A stretch of DNA of 62,588 nt, counting the filler, from Sphacelaria rigidula (Eukaryota), in NCBI GenBank assembly GCA_964200075.2. It is 8 parts of 8 records of this genome, joined end to end, with 100 filler letters (N's around TTAATTAATTAA, not from the genome) between each part and the next. Parts side by side here need not be neighbours in the genome. Positions count along the whole stretch, not along the records: positions 31,347 to 39,082 come from CAXNAA020013627.1; positions 39,183 to 46,918 come from CAXNAA020013628.1; positions 47,019 to 54,753 come from CAXNAA020013629.1; 5 more parts are not named here. One strand, written 5' to 3'. Positions 35,873 through 49,435 of this stretch are shown here, piece by piece. The notes below the pieces were generated by a model. The model did no database searches and was not told the DNA's origin. It saw nothing but the letters and a program-made list of their open reading frames with translations. The position numbers and the translations under genes are program-made. Every line of letters begins with the position of its first letter. Within the stretch, counting starts at the first letter, position 1.

Positions 35873-37142
35873 CTGGTCTCCCCCAGACTCCTTGACTCGC
35901 TCCGCCTCTGCCTTGCCTGAATCCACCGCCTGCTTAACGCGATCGTCCATCACCTTCTTCTTGATGGCCTTCGCCTGTAGGTGAGCAGTGTTACGATCAA
36001 TTTCATCGGAGTGTCCACAGTTAGAGTCGAAAACTATATCACCTCTGCGGCAGTGATTCGCATCCTCTCGAAGAACTAAAGTAACCCTACTACCATTACT
36101 TATCCTACCGATAACAATGTCACTCATTTCTTTGTATCAGGACAGGCAGGTGAGAGAGGTAGCCGTTATCATAGCGACGATAAGAATGCTAAGAATGCCA
36201 AGAGAATAAACAAAAGCAGTACTATACTCGCACGGTATCATCGTTTCACACATGGATTATAACGATCGTGACGGTAACGATAGCACTAGCGGCAAGAGCC
36301 AAGACAAAAAAGAGCAAAACATGCACTAATCTGTGATTTCCTGAAGATTAAGGAGGAAGCGTAGGCCGCGCTGGAACTGCAGTGCCCAAGTTGGTGTTTT
36401 TGGGGCGATAAGGACTAGATACCCCGTTTATCAGGGTGTTATTGACCGTTTTTGCTGCAGTAAAGACAGTTTTTCGGCTCTTCCGCGACGAAACGGTGAA
36501 TATTCAGATATATCAATACGTATACAATTCTTCACAATAACGATCGAGATCGTGTTTCCCTCCTATACTGCACAGACCTCAGTCGAGCATTTTCTGCGGA
36601 TGGCCTCTTTTCGGGGGGTTTTCGCATAACATTTTCCATGAGCACTCGAAAGTGCTAGGGTCGATAGTTCGGCAAACTAAGCAGACCGTGCTCAAATCAC
36701 AATGCCCAAGTTGATGTTGTGGGGGCGATACAGAGTAACGACTCCGTTTATCAGGATGGTGTTATCGACCATGAATGGTCCAAGAAACATAGATTTCCAG
36801 CTTTAGCGCAGTGAATAGATGGAATTTCAGAAAAGTAATCATCTTTGAGTCTTCACTTATATGATCGGATCGAGTCGGTCCATCAAAAATACCGAAAAGC
36901 TAGAACCTGGGGTTGCACTTTCGCAGGACACCCGAAGATCGGTCAAGTCTGTAAGTCACTCAATAATGATCGCCGATACTTCTTCTTGAAATGGTTGCCA
37001 AGAGGATGAAAATATCTCCAGATGCGCTTTTTTTTGGCATCCAACAGTCGCTGTGATAGGCGGTGGCAAGCGAAACACATTTGGAAAATATTTGAGAAAC
37101 TGAGAAATTACGAATTCTGCATACTTCTGCCGCTGACTACTG

Positions 37143-37198
<56 letters not shown>

Positions 37199-38870
37199 AC
37201 CTTCTGCACGAGAGTAGCCAGGCGAGTGCGGTAGCCGTTCTTATCCTTGAGAGAAAACGAAGAGGAGTCCAACTCCGCTCCAAGCCGTCGTACCTGAAAC
37301 CACAATGGACACGAAATACGAAATACGAAATACGGAGAATAAAAATAAAATTATCGACGTGAAACACGGCGAATAACAAGTCTGGAGGGCTTCAAGTTCA
37401 CAAATACTCACATCTTTGCCTTCATGTATTTCAGGACCCCCCCCCCCCTCCCACTGCTCCGTCTCGAAAAGGATGCGTGGTCAATGGTCAAACGACTAAG
37501 GCAAGCAACGAATGAATATCCCTCCCTCCTCCACTGTGAGGGTTGGCGTCGGTTGGCGACGACGCTGTAAAATACGCCACTCATGGCGTGAGCTAGGCAA
37601 CCAGGCTATCGTTTTTCGCCTGCGTTTCTTGCGATAACCGTGATGGTGGGCGAGCTACATCATTTTGTGCGGCGTGTAGAACCTCAACTCCGCGCAAACG
37701 GGATGATCGCACGACGTTGTGTTTACATGGTGAGACACCCATGAGGCAATTTCTGGAAGTTCCGATACCAGAAAATGAAGCATCTCACTCGACTCTGTCA
37801 AACATATGCTAGATAATTAGTACGCTTCGGGCCGGATAATCTTGGAAGGATACAGATCACCCTTCGTGCAACTCGTCGAAACACATCACGGCGCTTCGCA
37901 CTCGACGCTTGGTGACTGCGAGCCTAGTCCGGCGGAAACCCGGCATGCTCCGTCGCGACATGGTAGAGATGCAAGGTTAATGGTCTTATGACCACGGCAT
38001 GCATCATGACGAATACACCCCCACATATACACCCCGAAAACGATGCTCAGTCTCGAGAGGGATGCGCTGTCAACGGTCAAACGACCAAAGCAAGCAACGA
38101 ATGAGTACAACGGTCAAACGACCAAAGCAAGCAACGAATGAGTACCCCCCCTTCGAAAACGCCCGAGTTGACGTTTTTCGGCGCAAATGTGACTGCACAC
38201 GAAAAGATTGTAGCTAACCACAGATGCCACCTTCGTGGCGTCCATGTGTATGGATGTCGCTTATTGGAATAAAAACGCTCACAACTTGCGGGCCTTGGGG
38301 GGGGGAGGGGGAGGTCCGTGATGCCACCCGTTCTTGTACGGTTTGCAACGAATACAGAGCTCAGCAATTTACTTTAAAAAATTGTACTCGACACTGTTAC
38401 CCCTATGCGCATCAACACACTACGACGGAATATGTCGTTTACACAGCTGAACGTTCAAAAATAGGTTTTGGTTTTGACGCTCACTCTTAACTTGGAGAAC
38501 AAAAACGTTGCTGTACTACAGTAGTCATGCCACAGAGGCAAAGCGACAAAACGCTTGTATATACATGGCGTGGAAGCACGGTACCGTCACATACCAAGTT
38601 TTTCCCATTCTCTATACAGACAAGTGCCGGATAGATGCGATGGCAACACTTGACCAAAAAACGAGAAATAACAATACTGGAAAGTGACCAATTACTTCGC
38701 ACTCAAGGGAGTGAACTAGACGTTGTCCACACCTCGGTGTCAAGCGCGAGACCCTCGATACCATCCGCCACGTCAAGCTGCGCCGCGAAGGCCTTAGACC
38801 GTTCCATAGCCTCGAGCGCCAGCCGGCGAGTCACCCCGACAATACGCCGTACGCCCTTCGCGATGCCCTC
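35873..38870 (-). CDS. AARS: Alanyl-tRNA synthetase, three internal exons (end of editing/SAD domain and C-terminal helical region); partial gene
   Basis: Phase-0 GT-AG exons: 38870-38733 (EGIAKGVRRIVGVTRRLALEA..), 37293-37201 (VRRLGAELDSS..LATLVQK), 35974-35873 (AKAIKKKVMDDRVKQAV..). EGIAKGVRRI is the AlaRS signature. Confidence 0.85.
37147..37198. repeat. (CTA)n microsatellite at an intron donor
   Basis: About 16 perfect CTA units directly follow the GTTAGT donor of the middle AlaRS exon. Confidence 0.95.
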
Positions 38871-38970
38871 CTGCTCTTTGCCGACGAACGGTGGTGAACG
38901 CACCGAGTTGATGTTATTGCGAGCGCGCGCGCAGGGCGGGTGGGGTAGTGGTGGTGAGGGGGGGTAGGAT

Positions 38971-39072
38971 GTACTCATGATCATGCATGCCATAGTCATG
39001 AGATCATTAACCTCGCATGCCTACAAAGCCGGGACGGAGCACGCTGGATTTTCGCCGGACCAGGCTCGCACT
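38971..39072. repeat. High-copy ~100-bp dispersed repeat (transposon terminus or MITE-like)
   Basis: GTACTCATGATCATGCATGCCATAGTC..CCTCGCAT.CCTAC..GCCGGGACGGAGCACGC. Copies at ~35700-35792 (-), ~37918-38005 (-), 38971-39072, ~50642-50742, 54679-54753, 54854-54918 (-) and 60871-60899 (partial). Confidence 0.9.
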
Positions 39073-39191
39073 CAAACCACCANNNNNNNNNNNNNNNNNN
39101 NNNNNNNNNNNNNNNNNNNNNNNNNNTTAATTAATTAANNNNNNNNNNNNNNNNNNNNNNNNNNNNNNNNNNNNNNNNNNNNCGGGAGGTG

Positions 39192-39222
<31 letters not shown>

Positions 39223-42200
39223 GGGGGGGGTGGGGTGGGGGTGGGGGGGCGGGGGTGTGTGCGGGGGGGGGGGGGGGGGGTGTTACACACCGTCAACGTG
39301 GTCCCGTCGGGTAAAATACAAGACGAGAAACACATGAAACAAAAAAAGTTTCATTGTTCTTTCACCTGACGGGGTCGGAAAAAGTAACGGCGTTCGCCCA
39401 CGGGGTTACCGTAGATTTTGCGCACATGCAACCATCCGACGACAGTGAAAGCTGTTTGCACGTAGAGGGTAGCGAAGAGCTTTGACGTTTGTCTTGAATA
39501 GGGCATGCAGCATGCGCACCGCGGTGGAGGGCGGGGTCCCGCTTCTTACCCTAGCCGATGAAGACTGCAAAGACTAGCAGAGCCAAATGCAAGCTGGCGT
39601 CTGTGTGGCACGTAGCGTTTGGTGCGGGTACCAACAGTTGATCGAACCGCAGAGGGGCTGCAGTAACGCAAAACAACTGCCTGTTGCCGTGTCTTTGTGG
39701 ATTGATAAGAAGGGAACAGAACCATCGACGGTAAACCAGCAAATGCTACACGATAAACTGTCGGCCACCAATGTAGGGTACAGATCTGCCGCTGCGCGTG
39801 TGACGTAACCAAGCCACTACTTTCGTCCGGCTCTGCATGCCGTCTGCATGCCCTCACACTCCATGAGATATCGAGGTCCGTCGCGCATATATACTCGTAT
39901 TTTCCCGCTACATTATACTTCGGTGTCCCTTGCCGTATTCTTGCACCAGAGACAGGTAGCATCAGCGTAAGATTTGAACAAGCGATGTGCAGCTGCAGAG
40001 GAAAAAACTGCAACATCCGAGTGGAATTTCTACGCCACCGTAGCGCACCGCCAACATGCCCCGTCTTGGTAGCGCCCACAGAGGAGCATGTGCGAGGTGT
40101 GAGAGGACGGTGACACAGCGTGCTCATGTCACGGAGTATAACACCAGCGGGCGATGGATGAGATTTTCGGTTTCGATCTCGCACGAGATAAGACCTATGC
40201 ACGCTTCAAAGAGATCCCAGATATCAGAAGATCTCCGCAAGATATTTCGAACTCCGCGAGTTTCTGCGGTGCCAGCCCGGCAGGTTTCAATTTGAACGAG
40301 GTGGAAAAGGCCACCCGCCACCCGTGTTACGATCTGTCGTCGCCAGCCTGTTGGTATAAAAATTTGGTCGGCTGTCTGCATGAAAAAGGTCCAGTCAGTA
40401 CTCTGTACGTGGATCGAGCTGCAGAAGGAAAGAAAGAGAGACACTTACTTTCGTATGAGAGCTGGCAGTCCGGGAAGGCCCGTGAGTCGTCGACTGGGCG
40501 TCCTCGTATTCTGCGAGAGCGTGTTGTAGTGTATATTTTTCATATCGCCACCGTCCTGAGCAGCAACCCTAGCAGCTGCCTTTGATGTGTGTGTGTGCGG
40601 ATTTTATCACAGCATATGGTGTTTCGAATCTGCTTGTATGATGACCGGTGTGTTCAAATCAAGGGTACCCCAAATGCTTCTGAGGGGGGGGGGGGGGGGG
40701 ATCTAGCTAACACTGGTGAATAGTTGAACAGAGTGAATACAACTGTAGTGCTTTAGTAACACCAGTACGGCGCACTAGTAGGAGTTTATTCCCCGATAAT
40801 CGTGATGTAGATACATAAATGGTGCATCGTCGGCCATGTCTCTGGGTTCATATTGCAATATACAGGGCGCATGCTTAATAAAAGTGGCCGCAAAACACAA
40901 GGCTGCCTAGAGGGCTGCTTACAAATGAGTCTGAGAAGTAGGTGAAAGACGTATGAGCAAGAAGATGAAAGATGGTGGTTGAATAATGAAACTACGTCGA
41001 TACGTGTACATAACTAGATACGACGTTGTACGATGCCTGGACGATTTTACATGCCTCGATGCGCAAGCGCCAACTGATCCGACTATAAACACCTTTGCAT
41101 CACAGGGAGGCATATCCGATTTCGTGAGCCTGCCCTCATGCATGTCGTGGACTACTATACTGAGCACGTGAAAAAGTTTCCGTCCCTCTGGACCACTCAT
41201 GTACCAACTCGGATTTCCACATCAAATTTGTCTTCGGAATAATTTTAGCATCGTCAGGAGGATTCACATTTATACTCGGTCACCCTGAGGAACCTTCGTG
41301 AGTTATAACTGCCAACGCCACACACGCACATACTCTCTCCTGGTATGTAGGAAATCTTCCATGATAATAGTGAAGGAGACAGCTGCTGCCTGTTAACTGT
41401 GTCGGTGGTTTTCTTTTTCAGGTTCCTCTTTCAAATCCACAAAGATAATTAGAAATTATTATACTACTGTACAGTCGGTACGTAATCGATACCTTATTCC
41501 AGCCGTAGGAATGAATAGTCATGGCCCAATTTTCAGGCTGGCTTGCTCTGTCTTCCTGCATCATTTATTGAGCCGCACATCAACGAGGTGGGCCTTTTGA
41601 CGGTATGTGCCTGAAGCTTGCACTGAACTAGGTGACTACCTCTGGGATTTGAAGGCATGTAAGTCTTAGCAGTCGCTTTGTCACAGTGTAATGTTTGCAA
41701 TGTATCCCGGAGTCCATCAGGACAACTCATGGTCAGGGCGAACACGTAATGAAAGCGTTCAACAAGGATTTGTGAGGGAAACGAGAAAAAAAAAAAACAC
41801 CAACACGGCCTTCCGTCGTATCGCGTCTCGAGAATCAGAGGATGAGCAAGGACATTGATGGGTCTACGGCACTTCTTATGGTGACGAAATGCTCCTCTTG
41901 TTTTTTTCACTTATTTTCCTGGTTGGTGTCAAACACTACCATGCTGTCAATGTTCCCCCTGAGTTTGAGGAGCAGTCACAAACGGCACCCTTCTGATACC
42001 AGAAAGTGATGCGTCCTGTTTTTGAATCATTTGATCACTTGCGGACACTCGACGGCCGGAAGAGTCCAAATCATTGAAGCGCACGCTTAACAGTACAGCC
42101 GTGCACCAGCAGTCCAGGTGATCAGATTTCACGTTTGCAGCTAGTTTTCATCTCTGGGGAAACCCATGTAGACACGCCGGGTAGTCATGATTTGTCATTC

Positions 42201-43205
42201 ATTCATGCGTAGGCAAAGGACCTTGTTTTCTCACATTAGTTCAAGACCACAGCGATCCTGAAACCACTTGCCCTCTCCACCCTCACCCCGCCCTTCCTAC
42301 GTTTGAGACATTTCAGTACAGAAGAAAAAGTGCGCGAAAAAGGAGGCGCAACGCCCTGTGTTAGAGGCAGCTGGCGGGCTCGCCAAGAAGGTATGTACTG
42401 TAGACATTCGCCCATTTTTGCAGTTTACTGTAGGCACGACCATAGTTGTAGGAGATCCCCTCTCTTCCCCCCCTTCCCTGCAATCTCTGTAGGGTATGTT
42501 GATGAGGGACCCGGGATCGTTTCATGTATCGGATCCATCGTGAGGCATTTTATTCGTCGATCGGAGGTGAGGGAAGTGAGAGTGACACATCGTCCGAGTT
42601 TTTCGTCTGAGAGGGCGGATATCGCCGACGCCTCTCGCTGTAGACGTGGCGTGTCATCGGGTTTCGCTGGATATAATTTGCTTGAGAGGAAGACTGAGTC
42701 TGAGTGCTGTGCACATGTGGGTTGTCACGGATTTTACAGACATCGCAGTGCAGTAGTGCACGTCCGGTCCCCTGCTGCATCCTGTTCCCACTATACACTG
42801 CAGGCAAGACCCAAGGCCACTCGATTGTGACCATTGATTGGCGTCCCCACAAGTGAGTTCTGCCCGGTGCTCAAAGGTATACTGTAACGCTCTTGGTTTT
42901 TCCCAATTCATGGATGACGATGAACCGGCGCTAGGAAATTCATCGACGCTTTGTGTCGAATGTAGTCGGCAGTGGGTCGTGCGCCCCTCGCGGCGAGCAG
43001 GTTGGGAACAGGTCCATCCTGCAGGATAAGGGCCAAGGACGAAATCAAATCACCTCGTGAGGGAGGGGTTGGTGAAGTCACAAGAGCGTGCGAAAAAAAC
43101 ATGCCACACGTGCGGTCCCCGTCCCGTTGAGAAAGAAATAAACAGCTCCCTTAGGGCACTACTGATGTAGCGCGTCGTTCGCCTGAAATGTTTTTCTTCG
43201 CCCTT

Positions 43206-43450
43206 TACTGTGTGTGTTGTCGTCCCATCTATTCTGGGCGCCGGTCTACACCTTTCGGAATTTGTGGGCGCACCAGCCGGGATCACACAGGAGGAAGTTC
43301 AACACAGGAGCTTTTTATTATTTTTATTTGTTTCGAGTACCCCACCTTCCTTCTGCGGCGCTTGCCTTTATTTATTTTTTTATCGCGAGAGGGGTTCAGC
43401 AGTCCCTTTCCCTCGTCGACCGCTAAGTCGAATTTTGTTTTTACTGCAAC
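43206..43450 (-). mobile_element. Headless copy of the tRNA-derived SINE body
   Basis: TGTGGGCGCACCAGCCGGG.TCACACA.GAGGAAG..CCCTTTCCCTCGTCGACC matches ~35170-35385. Confidence 0.75.
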
Positions 43451-43498
43451 CTTGTTATTGGATTACTCCCGTCTCGATACCGGAATCTCAGCGTCGCG

Positions 43499-46400
43499 AT
43501 GGCAGACCTCGGAAACATGGCGAACCGGCTGCTTAGAGCGGCATCGCAGCTGTCTCCCGTTCCTAATAGACATTCCCGCGGCAGTGGCAGAAGCCGTCGA
43601 GAAATTGGACGAGATGACATGCTGAGAGGACCGGTTCCCCCGGGGCCACCGCCGCCGCCACCACCTGGCCGATTCGGTGCTTCTGCTGCCGGGCCCGATG
43701 GAAATGAAGGCATGTGGCCACCTTCCGGTTCACCTTCTTCCTTTGCTCACCGCGATAGGGGAGGCTACAATGATAGCCCGCGAGGCTTCCTTCTTCGCGA
43801 TGACGGCTCGTCGGCGCCCCCGCCGCCGCCGCCGATGGCGCGATACAGCCATCATCGTGATGATTATGGAAATCATTCACTTGGCCGTGAAGACCAGTAC
43901 CACCACCAGCACCCCCACCAGCAAGGAAGATCTCCTCGGTCGTACGGCAGTGGCGGCGGCGGTTCCGCCGACAGGAGTTATGTTGGTGATCAGCGTATGA
44001 GCGTGGATGGAAGTCGGGACTGGGATCGTGAAAGAGGCAATGCTTACCGCCGGAGCAATGGCGACGATAGTGACCACAGGCGTAGTTATCATGGCGGTGT
44101 CGGGGGTGGCGGCGGGTATTCCGGCCGAAGTGGCAAAAATTCTTCCGTATTTAGTTATCACGGAGAAGATTATGGGTATGATCATCACGGAGAAATGGAT
44201 CGCGGCCGCGGAGAAGATTATGGATATGACCATCGCGCAGAAATGGGTGACGGCCGCGGCGCCGTGCGCAGATGGAGAAGCAGCAGCGCCGGGAGAGAAC
44301 GCGACCATCGCAGCTGGGACAGGGGTGGTAGCGCGCAGGCTGATGGTAAAGGGTTGAACGGAAACGGCGTGCACTGGGAACGCGAGTGGCAACGAGATGC
44401 TGGCGGTGCTGGGACCGGGGCCGGGGCTGATGGCGTTGATAACCATCATTACCGTGGCTCCACAAACAACAGAAGGGAGGGCTCGGGGCCTCAGATGCTG
44501 CGGCGACCCGGCGGCGGCGGCGACAACGAAGGGGGCGATGAGGTGATCAGCGTAGATTCTGATTCGCCCGAGGAGGCGCATGAGCATCGGGGTCGTTCTG
44601 ATGCGCGGCAGAAGCGCCAGCACCAGCGGGTATCGCAACCGCTTCCGTCTCAGTCCCCTCCTCCGCTACCTCCTCCTCCCCGGCGACCTCAGTCAGCTCA
44701 GTCCAACGGTGATCGGTCGGTTAGTAGTAGTTGCAGTATTGGTGCGAGAAGTTTACAGACCCCCCCGCCGCAGCAGTCTCAATACCAGGAACACCAGTAC
44801 CAGCGCCAGCAGTTGTCAGAGAAGGCGCCGAGGAAACGAAGCAGAGGCAGCAGCGGCGGCAGCCGCATTTCCGCCACCGCGCAGACGGATATGGACGTAG
44901 AAGCGCCACCGATGTCTCGAGAGCCTCTTGAAATTACAAGCAGGTTGGGAGCGGCAAGCCTGCGGCGGCTAGCTGACCCAGTGGACGCAAGACGGGAGGG
45001 AGTGGCGGCAGCGACGGCGGCTGAGAATGAGGAGCAAAGAGGGGCAACGCGTTTGAAGTGCCCCCATACGAGCTGCCCATTGCACAAGGAACTCAGCTTG
45101 GAGCCTAATGCGATGGCAGCACATCTTGTGTAAGTACTATGGGTGAATAATCATACTTGACGATCCAAGTGGAATATTTTGTTTCACCAAACATGAACTG
45201 ACACAGCGGACGATTGAATATAACAGGGCGTGTAGATTTAGATTGATTGCGCTGCTTGCTAAACTATAGGATCTTCACGATGTTGACTACAATTTTTCTT
45301 CCGATGCGATATCATACGGGTATTTTTTTCATGTTTTTGTGACGCACTACGGTGTGCCTGAGAGTCGCTCACCCTGGAGGAACCACCCATGGATATTCAT
45401 GTCACGTGGATGCTGCTCATCACGTGAACTTGTGCCAAATGACCCATGGTGCACAGTAGCCCACCGAACACCAGCCGAACGCTTCTACGCAAAGTTATGA
45501 TGTACTGGTCACTTTACTGCTTGGCTAAACCTGTTGGCAACGGAAAATAAACTCAGACGGCCCCATATATCGTTGGGCAGTCGATATTCAATCCAGCAAA
45601 AGGTACCCAATATCACCCTCGTTTGTCGAGGCGTTTACGCTTATCCTGAGAGATCTGTCGTAAAACAACACCGTTTTGTGGTAGGTCGCACACTCGGGAG
45701 GCGACGGAAATGCAGAGCATCAGGGGCTACGTCCGCAGCACTGTGGCGGAGGTTCTGCACGACGTGTGCATGGATGTGCTAGTGGCGCCCCCTCAGCGAA
45801 ACTTCGACAAACGACGAATGAACAGGTTTGCTCCTTTCTTCGTTCGTCTGTGGCGTTTTGTTTGCCTTCCGATGGGCTTCTCCAGAGAGACCCGAGCCGG
45901 GCTCGCGTACTGAAACTTACGTCTTGTTCCGTGCTCCTATTTTCGTTCTCCCCGATGGAATGTTTTTTTTTCCATGCAGGACTATGACTCTCCATCGGCG
46001 ATGAGCGTGTGATCGCCATTATTTGCGCACAACCGACTCTCAACGTTTCGATTTTTTGTGTCTTATATACTACGCAGCGCTCTGGTGGGATCTCTGGAAG
46101 GGGGTCTGGGGATGCCGGCCGCGATGCTGGAGACCAAGGTCCTCGGAAAAATCGGCAACCCTGCGATCCGGTGAGTCGGGGGAGACAGGGTTGTTTGAAC
46201 CCCCAACGCTGAACCTGAGCTGAGCCTTAAGCTAACCCCACCCAACCCTCGTGCGTACAAAACATCGTCGCCGTTGACGACAAGTAAGGCTCCGAGCCTA
46301 ACCCTAACCCCATACCCTACCCCAACCCAACGCAACCCAACCCATTTGTATCCATCATCACTATCACCATCATCAACATCAACAACAACAACAACAACAA

Positions 46401-46832
46401 CACGAACGATAATCAAGGCGCTGCGCATACGAGCTGGCGTCCGGCTCGTGCGAGGGCGTGGGCAAACCGGAACATCTCCCGCGCTGCGACATCTGCGGCA
46501 CATGGATGCACATCTCGTGCGGCGGCATATCTATCGGCGGCAGCATCGAACCCGTCGTGGGATGGACACATACCAAGGTCCCTGCCGCCACAGGCGCTAA
46601 CCCCGACGCGGTGGGTGAGACTACGTCGGCCAAAGGCGCGTGCGTGCCGATTATGAAAGAGGAATGTATCTGTCAGGCCTGTGCGCACTCGGCGACGGGA
46701 CCATACGGCCGAGATGGGCCACCTGGGACGGTGTCGGTACTAGCGTCCGGCCGCGGCAAGAGGAAGAGGATGCTGGACTTTCTGGAGAGGGAGGCGGTGG
46801 AGGGGTGGCCGAACGGCGTCTTCGATCTCAAC
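43499..46832 (+). CDS. Protein with a long G/R/D/H/P-rich low-complexity region, a C2H2-like finger and a PHD finger; 3' part cut by the contig end
   Basis: Phase-consistent exons 43499-45129, 45685-45825, 46078-46170, 46418-46832. CPHTSC..HLVSH spans intron 1. RCAYELASGSC..CDICGTWMHISC..CICQAC gives the C4HC3 pattern. An acceptor AG at 43490-43491 means upstream exons may exist. Confidence 0.85.
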
Positions 46833-47149
46833 GTGAGTCCTTTGTCGTTGTTCGTCACATTTTGATTTTTTTTTTACTTGAGCCACCGCGCCCCGGTGGT
46901 GTAATGGTCCGACTGTCGNNNNNNNNNNNNNNNNNNNNNNNNNNNNNNNNNNNNNNNNNNNNTTAATTAATTAANNNNNNNNNNNNNNNNNNNNNNNNNN
47001 NNNNNNNNNNNNNNNNNNCTGGCGTACTTTCACATATTTTCATAGGCCACATTTTGCATGAGATGAAGGGCTCCTAACAATTCTAACCTCAGAAAATATT
47101 TCTGCACCCCTACCGTAGCATCTCTCTGCTGCGCCATTCAAGATCTACC

Positions 47150-48900
47150 AAACACGTTGATGACGAACGGTTGTTGGGGTATCCTCGATGAAGGCCCAAC
47201 GGAGGACATGCTGTTCGAGGTGTCGAGTTCATGTCGATTGCACTTTGCCGAGACAGTCAGTTGAGCTACTTGAGGCCCAGAGTTCACACAGGGCGACAGA
47301 GTCGAGCGGTAGTTTTCGTCTAGATATTTTCGTGTCGGCGTTGTTCGGTATTATTGCTAGCTTTCATACAAAATAAGTTTTCCCTCAGAGGTCTTGCTCC
47401 TTTCTCAATAATGAGGAGTTCTTGATGAGAAAAAAATTGCGTATGAAATTTACATGCATCGATCGGCGGCCACAGAATACAAGTAATTCCTGTGTGACAT
47501 GAGACGACGCGATGCGCTTCCGCCGCCTTCACCAATACGTTGGGTTCGGGTCCAATTGATAATTCTCAATGGCAAGCCTGGCGATACAAGAATATCATCA
47601 CAACATGCCCATATGCCTCCCAGGCGATGGCCAGTGCGCATCGCATAGTATAATAGAGCCTTTTCCCAAAAACAGATTGGTACTCATACGAGTATATACC
47701 ATGGATGTTTCTCAAACCTTGATCGTTACCGCACCCATGAAAAACCTTTCGACATACCCACGTAAATAAAGTAGTGCCGTACATCAACACCGCTCTTGGC
47801 AAACTTCCGGTATGCGTATACCCACGCTACATCATGCATGCAGACGACTTTTATGCACCCTAAAAAGGGGAGCTTCATGCATCTCTTGGCTTGCAACCAG
47901 CTACTGTACCTGACGTTCACTCGTGTGTGCAATCGAAAGTTTTCTTCGGAGATGTAACCCATTCGAAAGTGTTCTTGAGGAGGTGTACCGTTGACAGTCC
48001 TTGGCTGTACTTGTGTCACGCGTGATGCCCATTGCATCCGAACGACAAAGGCGGTGGATGAGCGCTCAGTTTTTGGGCCAAGTTTAACCCAATATTACGA
48101 AAATTTGCTGAGTGCTGAAACTGTAAAAATTAGACATTTCATGGTTCGTTCACCGCCGCGCCATGAAAGTCAAACTGATGGTATGGCAAACTAGTTTGGA
48201 CGGAATAGTGGATTCGAATCTCAACAGCACTTCACGACAGCTCTGTGTTCCCCCTGGCTTCCGTCGTGGGAATCAAACGTGAGTCCACAGAAAATGCGAC
48301 CAAAGTCAACGGACTGCGGAATAAGTGTTGTTCCAGTTCTCGAAATAAAATTGCAGCGTAGGTACCGTGGGAGAAATACGCGGATCTCTCAAGACATGGA
48401 CCCATTCCAACGAAGGGGGGCGTGTATCGAAAGTATTTCCTGCGAGAGAAAAAAGAGTAAATCTCGACAATGGAGACAATATATCAACAGCTTTAATCAA
48501 TAGTTTTGCGACACCAAGTCGTTGCCCTGGAGTCACCAAAGTGCCAACATTTCAGGAAACAAAAAAAACTTTACAGGAGCCGAATTCGTCAAGTTAGATA
48601 TGCTCGATCGCAATCAGAAATTACAACCAAAAACTGAAACACGAACTTTATTCAGCGTTACTCGTGTAGCGTACACTTGAAGGAAACGCTGTCGAATCGC
48701 TTGGCTCCAAGCTGCACTATATGCTCATCATAGCGACCTCCCTGATCGATTATCATGACAGCCATCGTTGAGAAAAATATGACAGCGTTCCGAATCAGTT
48801 CAATCGCGGGATCCTTCAGCAACGCAGGTCCCCAAAAACGAGTCATCGGTTGTCGCCCAGTTTCATGGTCTGTGCCATATCCATGGGTTGACATCCGTTC
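47150..48900 (-). mobile_element. Decayed piggyBac-like transposase relic
   Basis: Colinear, frameshifted pieces: PAIELI..FFSTMAVMIIDQGGRY, FMARR..MKCLIF, KRCMKLP..CIKVVCMHD..HYFIYVG and NLFLGKGSIILCDAHWPSP. They resemble the DDE_Tnp_1_7 consensus blocks (by eye). Confidence 0.55.
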
Positions 48901-49435
48901 AGCCGAACAAATACGACTGCCTGCTCCTGACGAAAACACACACAAGGAAATGAGAGGGCGTTTGGGTGTCACGATAAAGAAGGAGAGTCCTGCGATGTCA
49001 ACCGGCGGAAATCCGCCCTACCCTGGTCCGTGTTTAGCGCGCGCATGAGTGAACCCAGCAAACTCTCAACACTAGCCTCTTCTTTACCGACTATTCCTTC
49101 CCCCTTGCCCCCACTTCCTAACTGCTCATGACCACAACCAAGTTCTTCTTCACCGGTACCATTCGCGACCGCTACCCCGCGCGAACGACGGTGGAGCGTG
49201 CCAACCTCGACTACAGCATTATCTGGAAGTTCTGATGTAAATTGAGCGAATATGTTGGTCTGCGATGCGCTCGTAGAAGGTAATGGCAGCTGCGTGAGAC
49301 AATCATTGTTGATCGCAGACCCGCTAAGATCTAGCGTGGAACATAAGGGTGATGGTGGTGGTGGCGATCGGAGCTCAGTATCGACAACATCTGCGCCAAC
49401 GAGAGACTCGACGGGATGTCGTGCGACGGAACCTG

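Noticed and set aside
8179-38870. Functional cluster of CPS, NF-YB, HAS-like and AlaRS genes
   Set aside because: Each gene is on a separate unlinked contig.
46290-46345. Telomere-like CCCTAA repeats
   Set aside because: Only a few degenerate units inside an intron; low-complexity sequence.
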